Of a stretch of DNA of 64,000 nt, positions 1 through 46,317 are shown piece by piece. Below the pieces are notes generated by a model that worked only from the letters and a program-made list of their open reading frames with translations, was not told where the DNA came from and ran no database searches. Source of the DNA: Felis catus (lineage: Eukaryota); the NCBI RefSeq assembly GCF_018350175.1, contig NC_058382.1:43090001-43154000 (forward strand), written 5' to 3'. The stretch's first letter is position 1. Each line of letters begins with the position of its first letter. A program made the position numbers and the translations under genes.

Positions 1-87
1 AATTCACTTGCCAAGGGTCATTTTGTTTTAAAATGTATTTATTTTCATTTGGACAAATTTTACTTTAAATGACAATCTGTGAAATAA

Positions 88-19979
<19,892 letters not shown>

Positions 19980-21342
19980 TGGCAGGGCGTTGCTCATCGC
20001 CAGGACTGCTCTGGGCTGTGTTTAAACGGCCTGCATCTTAATTTTTCTCCCTCTTTCTTCTTTTGGCTTTGGGAAAAGCATCATTTTACACCATTTTACC
20101 AAACATACTGAGAACTAAAACTTCAAGGATGATGTTAGAAAAATGTGATTTAACTAGAACTTGCTGTTTGATGTTAGCAAATCATGGAATGTTCTGAGTC
20201 CCTGAGGGTTTACTGTGAAGTGCTGAGGACAGTGTTGATGCCTGACTGGTTTTCTTAGACGGAAACAGAGACATTGAACCCTCTCTCTTGGCTATGGTAA
20301 ACCACTCCAGAATGGCCACCAGGTTTCCCAGAGTTCTAGGTCTTCTTCCCAGGAGAGTTTTTAATTGTAAATGCAGACTTGGGAAGGACTTACACTTTTA
20401 AACTGGTTTTTGCTTCTGCTTCTCCCTGACTCCCTTTGCTCGGAGCCAGCTGCACACCAGTAGTACGGCATGCTGCGATCGGTTTCTGTCCTGAAGGCTT
20501 TGCCTCNNNNNNNNNNNNNNNNNNNNNNNNNNNNNNNNNNNNNNNNNNNNNNNNNNNNNNNNNNNNNNNNNNNNNNNNNNNNNNNNNNNNNNNNNNNNNN
20601 NNNNNNNNNNNNNNNNNNNNNNNNNNNNNNNNNNNNNNNNNNNNNNNNNNNNNNNNNNNNNNNNNNNNNNNNNNNNNNNNNNNNNNACAATCATGTAGCA
20701 GAACGGCACCCAGACTACTGCCGCTAGTGATGGACACCCACGTGGAAGATCGGATTTCCAGCCCATGGAGCCAGCATTTGAACCTTGTACAATTAACTTT
20801 CAGTTATGATTTCCCATCCACATTTTCTTTGCTCTGTTTGTAGCTGAATTTTGTGTTTTATAACTCCTCTGTTCAAGCAGAAGGATGATTATGAGTGGGT
20901 CACANNNNNNNNNNNNNNNNNNNNNNNNNNNNNNNNNNNNNNNNNNNNNNNNNNNNNNNNNNNNNNNNNNNNNNNNNNNNNNNNNNNNNNNNNNNNNNNN
21001 NNNNNNNNNNNNNNNNNNNNNNNNNNNNNNNNNNNNNNNNNNNNNNNNNNNNNNNNNNNNNNNNNNNNNNNNNNNNNNNNNNNNNNNNNNNNNNNNNNNN
21101 NNNNNNNNNNNNNNNNNNNNNNNNNNNNNNNNNNNNNNNNNNNNNNNNNNAGTTNNNNNNNNNNNNNNNNNNNNNNNNNNNNNNNNNNNNNNNNNNNNNN
21201 NNNNNNNNNNNNNNNNNNNNNNNNNNNNNNNNNNNNNNNNNNNNNNNNNNNNNNNNNNNNNNNNNNNNNNNNNNNNNNNNNNNNNNNNNNNNNNNNNNNN
21301 NNNNNNNNNNNNNNNNNNNNNNNNNNNNNNNNNNNNNNNNNN
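19980..21342 (+). other. CTCF: CTCF 3' UTR (partly N-masked; poly(A) site probably inside the masked part)
   Basis: Repeat-free sequence after the stop codon. No AATAAA in the unmasked part, so the end coordinate is an estimate. Confidence 0.65.
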
Positions 21343-22467
21343 GTGTGATCTCTGCCTGATGGGGGCCCCACGGGGCCCACACTCATGGCCTCAGGCAGTG
21401 CAGGCCTGGTCACCTTTCAGAGGCAAGCTCTGTACCACAGGATGGCCACTTCCTCCCTAGCACTTAGGAGATGATCTTGGTAAATGGTTGGATCGAGTGC
21501 ATCCTGTCACAGGTTTTAACTCCCCAAAGGTGTGTGTGAGTAGCGAAGTGTGGATGGACTGCTATCAGCCCCCATGGTCCACCTTAGGAGTGGGTTCCTA
21601 CGGCAGGGGTAACCACAGATGTTAGAGAAGGGGCTCATGGGAAGTTCTGCACTCTGGATCTCCGCTCACTGAGGGCTGGGCTCACTTGAGCCCAAGTGCA
21701 GGACAACAGAAGCTGGGCCCAGTTTGCTCTAGAGAGGCTAATTTAGGAGGGGGAGACACATGTAGTCTAGTCACCAGGCTTCAGGGAGAGAGACTCAGAT
21801 GGCGTAGCTTGTTAAGCACTGCAGGAGAGACAGGGTGGAAAGGGAGTTGGAATAGGAAGTTGATGCATTAGTGAAACATCTTGATGCTGCTGGCCGTTTC
21901 TGGGCAGATAGCTTTGGCAAACCCATTTTAGGTAAAATCTTCAGCCACTAATTATAGGGCTTTTAAACCGGAATCCCAAATTAGCGGTTTTCAGTGAGAA
22001 GTAACAAAAGTTGAGATGTGTGTGGCCTTTGGCTGCTCATACTGTCTACATAGACCCGTCTCCCAGTAAAACAGGTAGCTGAGGCCTCAAACTCTGAGCC
22101 TTGCAGTCGGTTCCTTGAGTCGAAAGTTGTCAGAATATTGGGTCTCTGTCATGCATGGGCCAACCCTCGTGGGGGCCAGAGTACCCCCTTCCAGAATTGT
22201 TCCAGTGGCCATAGAGTTTTGTAAACTTTCTTGGTGTTTATGACAAAATCTCTGCAGAACAGTGAGGCCTTTGTATTTTCAGCATAGCTTTTTCTCATTG
22301 TGTACATTCAAATTGAAAGTGTAAAGTATGTTTGGGATGGGGAGAGGGCAAGAAAAGTCACATTCTGATGGAAGAGACGCTGAAAAGTGATTCCTCATTG
22401 CATAGCCCATGATGTATCCTGTGTGAGTCCATTATATACATACAGCCTTATACTTAAAATATAAATC

Positions 22468-25112
22468 GGGACACTTGGGTGGCTCAGTTGGTTAAACTTC
22501 CAACTTTGGCTCAGGTCGTGACCTCACAGTTTATGAGTTTTGAGCCCCTCGTCAGGCTCTGAGCTGACATCTCAGAGCCTCTGCTTCAGATTCTCTGTCT
22601 CCCTCTCTGCCCTGCCCTGCTTGCTCTCTCTCAAAAATAAACTTTTAAAAATAAATATAGGGGCGCCTGGGTGGCTCAGTCAGTTAAGCGTCCAGCTTTG
22701 GCCCAGGTCACGATCTCATAGTTCATGAGTTCGAGCCCCACGTCAGGCTCTGTGCTGACACCTTGGAATCTGGAACCTGCTTCGGATTCTGTGTCTCCCT
22801 CTCTGCCCCTCCCCAGCTCATGCTCACACACTTGTCTGTCAAAAATAAATTTAAAAAAAATTAAAAATATATTTTTATTATATATAAACAAAGTACAGAA
22901 GCCAATTCTCATGGTTAGTCCTCACCAGAGAACTTTTGATGCGGAAGTTCTCTGACCTGTTTGCTGTTCCCCACTATTAAGCCAATAGCAAGTACTGGAG
23001 TAAAATATTCTCTTTCCACACCTGGGTTGGTACCACCCTCCCCTGCTGCCCGGCAAGGTGCCCAGCAAGCACCTGAGTCCTCTTGCCTTCGGTCAGGACC
23101 TAGCTGGGTTTTTTTGTTTTTTTAACCATTTGTTTTTGGGAGAGTGCAAACAAGGGAGGAGCAGAATGAGGGGAACAGAGGCTCTGAAGCGGGCTCTGCG
23201 CGGACAGGCTGAGAGCAGTGAGCCCGATGTGGGGCTCAAACTCATGAAACCACGAGATCATCACCTGAGCCGAAGTTGGAAGCTCAACCCGCTGAACCAC
23301 ACAGGCGCCCCAGGATCTAGTCTTTTAAAACCATCTGAAGGGAGCCTTGTGGCAAACCTGGGAGGTGCAGCCTGGCCTGGCCTCATCCTGTGCTGCTGGA
23401 GCAGGCGGGGCTTATGCTTCCTTGTGAGCTTTAGCATTTCCTGAGCGCCCACGGAGTGTCACACCATCTAGAACACAGACAAGCTGAAGGGCCTGTCCCC
23501 TTCTCACTGAGTCACTCAACATGTTAGGAGCTGAGTCCCATGTGTTCACTTGGTTTCTGATAGCAGTGTGGTAGTTTTGTCACTGCCGCCCTGATCTCCA
23601 TGCTGATTCTGGTTTCAGCAGCCTGTACCCACCCCAACAGCACTCATCAGACTGGGGTAGATGCCACCAATGTGTTGCTGGCCTTGAGAGTCCCTTTTGG
23701 CAGACATTCCCTCTTGTATTTCTTATCCTAGTCCATTCTAAACAGAGAAGTCCCACTGAGGTGGGTTTTCTATTACGGAGTCCTGGGGTTGCCATGGCAG
23801 ACTTGGCAGATGTGGGTATTCACTGAGTGCCAGGCACTGTTGTGAGCACTTAAAAAGCATTTAATCCTTATAGTAACACTTTGAGGCAAGTTAATAGCTC
23901 CAGCTTATGAAACAGGAAAGGAAGTCCGAAAAGGTTAAGTAACTTAGTGTGGAACAGCTGGAAAGAGTTGGGAGTCAGGACTTAAATTAAATTCAGGCAG
24001 TCGGCCTTTAGAAGCAGCATTCTTGTACCACTTGGTCACGCTTCAAGTGCAAGAGACCTACTGAGTTCTCACCCTAAAAGTAGCTTGTGGGTTCTATGTG
24101 GTCTTAGAAGGAATCCTAGATCTTAAACCAAACTCTTCTTTCAAACTGGGAGACGGCAGAGTAGGACTATCTCCTGCCTCTGTTTGCAGAAACTCTCAGC
24201 AACTTCTCCTGCTGTATCCTCCCATCAACCCTAGTCAGCCCTGTGCTTTCACACCATTGGCCTTTTGCTTGAGGGTAGGCTTTGCCCAAGCTGCTACTGT
24301 TCAGTTTCTACTGCCACTTTGTGTCAATCTTTGGTAGAGATGAGATTTTGTTAGGTGAGGGGGTGGAGGTGGGGGTGGGGTGGCGGGATGATCAGGTGAC
24401 TGGGGGATGTTTCCACTTATCTCCAAGCCCTGAAGTGGGGAGGGATAGCTAAATGGGAATGAGACCAAGGCACCCTGCTCAGCATCCCTCATCTACTTTC
24501 AAGATTATGTCTTTCACCTCTGCCTGGCTGAGCTGTGGGCAGGGCAGAGGGCTGTTCCTAATAAGTGGAGTTTAATTGGATTGTAATGGAAGAAAAAAAC
24601 AGTAATTCTTTTCCTGTGAACCCTCCAGAATCTAGGTCCCTGGTCTTTTATCTGGCAGCATGCTCTGGTTAGCAGGACCTCACCCCATGACCTACTGACC
24701 CCTCCCAGCCCTGGAGACCCTAACTTTTTCCTTCAGTGGTTCCCCCCTCCCTAAACTCTAGCAGAGGTAAGGGCGTGCAGGAGGGAGAAGACACAGACAC
24801 AGGAGAGGACTCCCATGTACCTAGCCTTTGCTCACCCCTGCCTGAAACACTTGGGGTTCAGGCCTTAGCCCAAGGCTGCCCCATGAAGGTACTCCCCACC
24901 TTCCAGCCCAAACCTGATGAAAGCTGGGGACTCTGTGCTCTAGAAAAGGGTATCTGAGCCCATCTGGCATTTTTTCGGCCTTTCAAAAGTTAGTGGATCT
25001 CGGGGGCACCTGGTTGGCTCAGTTGGTAAAGCAGGTGACTCTTGATCTCGGGGTTGTGAGTTCTATCCCCCCCCATGCAGATTGCTAAAAAAAAAAAAAA
25101 AAAAAAAAAAAA
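22468..25112. mobile_element. Intergenic Can-SINEs at about 22468-22655 (+), 22660-22870 (+), 23110-23310 (-), 25002-25112 (+), plus a MIR-like fragment at about 23810-24040
   Basis: SINEC motifs; MIR-like GTGCCAGGCACTGT...AGGTTAAGTAACTT. Confidence 0.8.
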
Positions 25113-25322
25113 AGTTGGTGGCTATCCCACGGGGTCACATACTCCAGGTTAGGAGCAACAGATTAGGCCCTTCAGGCTAGGACCCAGGTGTTGGGAGAGC
25201 TACTGAGAGAGATTCGTTGCTCCTTGCTGAATAGGCACTCCTCCCGGCCCGCCCCTTGTCCACCTCCCCAGCTAGGTTTTGGAGGGGACCAACGCGGGTG
25301 GGCCGCAGGGATCCCCGAGCGG

Positions 25323-25341
25323 GCAGCGCCCCCTGGTGCTC
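25323..25341 (-). promoter_or_regulatory. CTCF binding site upstream of CARMIL2
   Basis: Minus strand reads GAGCACCAGGGGGCGCTGC, matching the CTCF core CCASYAGRKGGCRC at all but its first base. Confidence 0.75.
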
Positions 25342-25709
25342 GCGACAGGCACTGCGGTGAGGGGTGGAAGTAGGGGGCTAGAAATGGCAAGAGGCGCGCG
25401 CCACACGCGCGACCCTCCCGGCCACACCACTCCTACCCGGTGTCTGTCTTGCCAGAGTAGCTCCTGCGCGACTGGGTGGGCGGACAGCTGGGACTCTGCC
25501 CCCCTCCTACATCTCCTGTCCCGCGGAGGCCGGGGCGGGGAGGAGCCGGGCTGGGGGCGGCCTGGCAGGAAGCAGCGCGTACCTTCCGCTGCAGGAGGAG
25601 CAGGTGGCTACAGTGCGGGCCAGGGCCCCCAGGCTTCCTGTGTGTGCGCCCGCCCGCTACTGTTTCTTGTCGGAGCTCGTTGGGCCATCCGGCGGCCCGG
25701 CCCGGCCCC

Positions 25710-37415
<11,706 letters not shown>

Positions 37416-37445
37416 CCCTCTCCTTTTCCTGCCGCATGAGATTAT

Positions 37446-37454
37446 TTTATTAAA
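37446..37454. terminator. Overlapping poly(A) signals: ATTAAA (+, CARMIL2, 37449-37454) and AATAAA (-, ACD, 37446-37451)
   Basis: TTTATTAAA lies in the 127 nt between the two convergent stop codons, and I see no other AATAAA/ATTAAA there on either strand. Confidence 0.85.
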
Positions 37455-37542
37455 AAACTCGAAGCAGAGTGGGGAGTACTTTTGGTTTATCCCCAGCCAT
37501 GGACCTGTGTGCACACATCTTCCCACATGTTCACATGACCCC

Positions 37543-40355
<2,813 letters not shown>

Positions 40356-41141
40356 TCCCGGGATGCACCTAGTGGAGCACCACCAGCCTGGGTTTCCCGC
40401 GGACGCCGCGGCCCCGCCTCTCGTCGGAAGAGGAAGCGCACCGCGGCTGGGCGGAACCTAAGGTCGAGGCCACGCCCAAATGCGTGTCCGCGCGTGCGCA
40501 CGAGCCCGTGTTGTTCGGATATTTGCGGGCAGATTCTTGTTGGGAAGATTGGATGCCAACCTGCTTGGTCTTACCAGGGTATCTCCGAGCAGGGGCCCGG
40601 CGTTTGGGCCATTCGTCAAGACTTCTGTGGCACCGGCCGGGATGGCTCGAATGGAGAGGGAGGGATCTAGGGCTTCAGGCTGCCGCCAGGAGTGGTCAAG
40701 CGAGTTGGCCCAAAGCCACTTCACCTTGTGAACCGAAGAGTTGAGCAAATATTTATTATGGCTCAGTTTCTCATCTAAAACGTGCAGTCTTATAAGGCCA
40801 GTAGAAGTAACAGTACACAGACTACACTTAGTAAATGTCACTTCCCCCACCCCTTCCCTCTGATTGGCCACGCCCCGCCCCCAGGCTCCAGAGACTTGCG
40901 CACCGTAGCGTAATGACGTAAGAGCAAAAGAAGACGCCTCCATCCCCATCTCCGTTTCCTAGGAAACGTAGACTCCACGTTCCACTCTCTGTCGCTGCCC
41001 CCTTGACGTCATGGTCAGGATGGGAGGGCGGGGCGAGTGCTACCGCCAGGGGCGGGGCAGCACGGGCCGGCAGGCCGGGTCTGTGCACCTGCGCCTCCGC
41101 GGGCCGCCTGGGGCACCGTCCCCAGCCCGCCCGGCCCCACC
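40356..41141. promoter_or_regulatory. Bidirectional CpG-island promoter shared by ACD and PARD6A
   Basis: Start codons are head-to-head, 786 bp apart. ETS CGGAAG at about 40425; NRF1-like GCGCGTGCGCA 40490-40500; CCAAT (ATTGG) at about 40863; GC boxes; CRE TGACGTCA 41004-41011; palindromic X-box 40954-40967. Confidence 0.8.
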
Positions 41142-42797
41142 ATGGCCAGGCCGCAGAGGACTCCGGCGCGCAGTCCAGACAACATCGTCGAGGTGAAGAG
41201 CAAAGTAAGGGCCCCTCTGGCCCCGGCTCCGGCCTCGGCCCTAGGCGCTTCCAATTCCCTTATTCTCCCTTTTCCTGGCTCCTTAGTCCCCACCACCTTT
41301 TTCTCGCCTCCATCATTCATGTCCCATTCTCTGGCTTTTCCTCTCGCTTTCCTCCATCTATCCTCCTTTCCACTGCCGGCCACTAGAGTCCTGTGGCCTT
41401 GGTACCTGGAGGGCGGGGAGAAGACCTTGGACAGCGTCCCTTGTACTGGAACTGAGGTCTGGGCGCAAGGCTGCAGCTGTTGCGACAGCCCTTTCCGACC
41501 TCTAACACCCTCGGACCTGTGGTGGGAAAGGGCACGGGCTCCGTGCTGACCTCTCCTCTCACCCACCCCCTGCCTCCAGTTTGATGCTGAGTTCCGACGC
41601 TTCGCGCTGCCCCGCGCTTCGGTGAGTGGCTTCCAAGAATTTTCGCGGTTGCTGCGTGCAGTGCACCAGATCCCGGGCCTGGACGTGCTGCTTGGCTATA
41701 CAGATGCTCACGGCGACCTACTGCCCCTCACCAACGACGACAGCCTGCACCGGGCCCTGGCCAGCGGGCCCCCACCGCTGCGCCTGCTAGTACAGAAGCG
41801 GGGTGAGGAGGATGGGGTACAGTGGGCAGACTCTGTGGGGTAGGACAGCAGGGCAGGTCTACAAGGGTTAGTCCATGCCCAGGGCATCCAGGCTTCACCC
41901 TCTGCAGTCCCTGCCCTTGCCCTGACCTCCAAGTGGTAGGAAATAGCTACAGTGCCCTTTTCCCCAGGCCTGGGCCTGATGGAAAAGGGTTCAAGTGGGA
42001 GAGCAGAGTCTCTGATCTCAGCGCCCCCCTCCCCCTCTCCTGCAGCAGAAGGCGACTCCAGTGGCCTGGCCTTTGCCTCCAACTCTCTGCAACGGCGCAA
42101 GAAAGGGCTTCTACTTCGGCCAGTGGCACCCCTGCGCACCCGGCCACCCCTGCTAATTAGCCTGCCCCAAGATTTCCGCCAGGTTTCTTCAGTCATAGAT
42201 GTGGACCTACTGCCTGAGACACACCGAAGGGTGCGGCTGCACAAGCATGGCTCTGACCGTCCCCTTGGTTTCTACATCCGAGATGGCATGAGTGTACGTG
42301 TAGCTCCCCAGGGCCTGGAACGGGTTCCAGGCATCTTCATCTCCCGCCTGGTACGAGGGGGCCTGGCTGAGAGTACAGGGCTGCTGGCAGTCAGTGACGA
42401 GATCCTCGAGGTCAATGGTATTGAGGTCGCTGGGAAGACCTTGGACCAAGTGACGGACATGATGGTCGCCAACAGCCACAACCTCATTGTCACTGTCAAG
42501 CCAGCCAATCAGCACAATAATGTGGTGCGTGGGGCTTCTGGTCGTCTGACAGGGCCTCCCTCTGGTGGGCCTGGGCCTGCTGAGGCCGAAAGTGACGATG
42601 ACAGCAGTGATCTGGTCATTGAGAACCGCCAGCCTCCCTGTTCCAATGGGCTGTCTCAAGGGCCTCCATGCTGGGACCTGCGCCAGGGCCCCCTACTTCC
42701 CAGTGCTCGCAGCTCTCTGCCCTCCCTGGATCAAGAGCAGGCCAGCGCTGGCTGGGGAAGTAGCATGAGAGGAGATGGTAGTGGCTTTAGCCTCTGA
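41142..42797 (+). CDS. PARD6A: Partitioning defective 6 homolog alpha (PB1, pseudo-CRIB, PDZ), 3 exons, about 345 aa
   Basis: [21 protein letters not shown]|FDAEFRRF; [28 protein letters not shown]; [18 protein letters not shown]. Exons 41142-41204, 41580-41802, 42046-42797. ATTAAA at 42904-42909. Confidence 0.97.
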
Positions 42798-43321
42798 CAG
42801 GCAAGGATGCAGCCCCTTGCCACTCCAGGCTGCTGAGACATGGCAGGGACTTCCTCAGTGGGGGTTTTTAGCTTGCTCGCAGGGGCCTCTTCATCTGGGG
42901 AACATTAAAAGTTTTCTACAAATGCAGTCATGGTCTTTCTGTGTCCCAGCCCTAACATCCTCCATGGTCTAACAATTTTGCCTCCTGCCCTGGACCTGAG
43001 GCAGGAGTGATAAGGACAACAGAGAGACCTCCCTGCAGTTGAGCAGCAGGAGGGACACCAGGCTTTGCATTTCTAGGGTAAGAAAAGCTCTTATGGAAAC
43101 AAACCCCATTGTGTACAAAAGGTTTAATTTTGACAAAGGGATTAAGAGGTTGGGCTGGCCCTTCTACAGCCACCGGTGGCTGGGAAGAGTGCTCTGGGGA
43201 TACTGCCCACACCACTGCTCCTGTCTTTGGACCCCCATTCTATGATGGGGCTTGATCCTGCCCTCTGCAACTGTGTGGCAATCTTCACTGAGGACCCCCA
43301 TAAGCGCCCCCACAAAAGGGC

Positions 43322-46317
43322 TCAGACATCCATCTTCACAAAGACCTTGGGGCGGGAAAAGATCTTGATGGCCTCCTCTACCTGCACCAGCTTCTGGTCC
43401 AGCTCAGCATGGTGGCCCTGGGCCCTCAGTGAGTCTGCCCCAGCAGGCAGCAGCACCAGCTCACGTAGCAACTGGCTCTGGCCTATGAGGGATCCAGGAA
43501 GAGTGAGTGTTGGGCAGGGGTGTGTGGTCCCCAGTGGGTTCCTCATCTACACCCCCCTACCTCTTGCCTATGGACTCACTCTGGAGCAGATTGCTCAGTG
43601 TCTCCAGCCGCTGGTTCTCAGGCATGCAAGTGTGACCAGGGGGCATGGCAGGGTCCAGCTGGCTATGCTGGCGGGCCTCAGCCTCCCGCCGCCACAGATC
43701 CCTGCGTTGCAACAAGCTGTGGATGCACAGGCTCAGAGTTGATGGTCCCAGGGCGTAGGTTTTCTCCCACCCTCCACAGGAACCCCTCACCCTGGGTGTT
43801 GGGCAGTGGGACCTACTAATGGGGTACGTGGCCCTTCTGCGTGGTGTTGTAGTGCTCTTGGGCTTGCCGTTGCTGCTCCAGCACTTGTGCCAGGACCTGC
43901 AGGGAGCGGGAATGCCGCCGGGGGGCCCTCTTGGCAGTGCGGGCATTGTGGCTAATGAAGTCCACATCGAGGCCTGGCCCCTGCAGGACATGGCAAGCAT
44001 GATGGGGCAGACAGTACTGTGTTGTGCTCCTGAACCCCTCAAGATCCCTGCCCCACCTCCCGACCCCCACACATCCTCTCACCTTAGCATTGGGGCCTGG
44101 TGGGTTTAGCTGAGGACTGGGGGCACGGGGTGGTGGGATCCCAGGGCCACAGCGGGAGTGTGCCCGAAGGAAGTGGGTGGGCTCTGTTCCAGAGGCTGGG
44201 CTGGGCTCCTGGAGGGTAGGGCACAGCAGAGGAATCAGCCAGGCTGAGGTCAGAGTCTTAAGCTGGCCGTACAGCTGAGCTTCTGTTCCTTCTGCCTGTG
44301 AGGATATTTCTCTGTATCTAGCCCTATGGACCTCCTCCCTCTTGAAGAAGCACTTCTATCCATGAGCATTTAAATATGTGTGTCTCTCACATCTTTAAGA
44401 AAACAACCAACCATTCCTCCTTCTACCTCAGTCCTGGCTTTTGACTACCATTCTCTTTTTCTCTTTCCCTGCCAAGCCTCCTGGCTCTGTCCCCACCAAG
44501 GTCACTCACAGCTGGCTTCCAAGCCATTAAATCCAGGGTCACTTCCCTGGTATCATTGTCCTCAGCCCAATGCTCAATAACTCCTGGGTCTCACTCCTCA
44601 GATCCAGACCTGACTCTCCATCTGCTTCCTGGACACACTCCTACCCCCTGGGAATCCCACAAATGCTTCAGCTTCAACAAATTCACATATGACCTTATTG
44701 TCTCTTTTCTCAATTCTGCTCCTCCTTCTGAGAACCCTGGACAGAGAAATGGTACTACTATCTACCCAAGACAATCCCACCACCATATCCCTGCACTTGC
44801 CCTTCTCACTGCCCTTAGAAATAAAGGTTGAAAAAAAAATTTTTTTTTTTAAATGATGTGGGTCCAGCTGACTTCTTAGCCTAACCTCATGCTCTTCTCC
44901 CTTCACATTGATCTGAACATAACATCCCACTGCGCATACTCCCTCTGGTCTTAGGACTTCTATCTGTGAGGTTCCATCTCACTAGAATGGTTCTCTTCAA
45001 TTCTCCCCTTGCCTAATACCTATTTGTCCCTCAGGATGACCCAAGCCATCACCACTCCTGAGGAAGCCCCCAGCCCGACTCTGCAGCAGGCCGGCTATCT
45101 CTTAGCCCGTTTCCCTAGTCCCCTGTGATTTTCATCTCCATAACTCAGATCAGAGTATAACTGCTTGTTGGTCAACAAGATGAACAATGCTTCTGGCTCT
45201 CCAAGGCAGGTACCTGCAGCTGGGCCTTGACCCGGGACTCCACCTTGTCATATTTGGGTGAACGCCACAGAGCCTTCAGGGGCCTGGGCTGGCCCTGCTC
45301 CCGGCTGCGCTCCTGCTCACGGAAGCGCTTCTGGATCTCTCTGATCCGCTTCAGGTTCTCCTTCTCATAGTCTTTCGGGTCCTTCCCTGGGAAAAAGATG
45401 TTGCCAGACTCTGCCCTACATACAGCCCATGAGATCCAACTCCCATCAGTTCACACAAAGGCCCACACCTTGCCTCCTACAGAAAGATCTCCATGACCTC
45501 TCCATCTAAAACAGTATACACATACTCTGCCTCATCACTTTGTTCCCTTCCTGACATAGTCATTACCTTCTTCTGTCCCTGATTATTTTCTACATTTTTA
45601 TTGTGAAGTAGACCATTAATCATTTTGTTTATCATAGCCATCTCTTTACTTGTTTACTGTTCTTCTAGCACCTATAAAGAGGGCACACAGTAGGCACTCA
45701 ACAGACCACGTTTTGCTGATGCATGAATTCATTAAGCTGAGCTTGGGTTTCCCAGGGACTACTGCATTCAGTCCTCTTCTTTGAGGAAGTAGCGCATTTC
45801 CCCCCTCCTTTCATAATTGGGGAAACTGACACTCAGAGAGGCAAACCCTGAGCCCAGAATCTAGCAAGGAGAAGCAACGCTTTTGATCTCAGCGTTTGAC
45901 CTCATCGTACTAGCTTCATTGCTCTTTGTATCCGAACTTACTCTTGGAAGAGGCCCCTGGGCTTAGGGAGATGCCCCCAAATTGCAGCAGCACTCCTCCG
46001 ACGCCATGCCTGCCACGGTCCAGGATCTGTCTGGCTCCAGGACCTATGCGGGGACCGCGCGGAGGGGTGGCGTCCAAGTCGAGGTCCGAAGTGACCAGGT
46101 CCAGCTTCAGCGCGTTTCCCTCAAGGCGTCCTTGGGCTGAGAAGCCAGATGGGGCCGAGCGCGGGGCTCAGTGGTGGATCAGAGCCAGACCCTCACTCGG
46201 GCCTCACCCAGCCGTGCCACCCCCTAACTCACCCGAGGCCGGCCGCCGGTAGTAGTCAGGGAAGAGCGTAGGGTCTGGGGGGATTGGCCCCGAGATACGG
46301 GACGGGCCCTCGCACAT
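43322..46317 (-). CDS. ENKD1: Enkurin domain-containing protein 1, 7 exons, 346 aa
   Basis: MCEGPSRISGPIPPDPTL start; C-terminal enkurin domain ending EEAIKIFSRPKVFVKMDV*. Exons 46317-46233, 46136-45942, 45386-45214, 44208-44083, 43980-43817, 43716-43580, 43482-43322 (1041 nt). Minus-strand ATTAAA at 43123-43128. Confidence 0.96.
44330..45170 (+). mobile_element. Degenerate LINE-2-like sequence in ENKD1 intron 3
   Basis: Pyrimidine-rich L2-like strings; weak similarity, boundaries approximate. Confidence 0.45.

Noticed and set aside
20361-21460. Long ORFs full of X residues
   Set aside because: Artefacts of translating N-runs in the CTCF 3'UTR.
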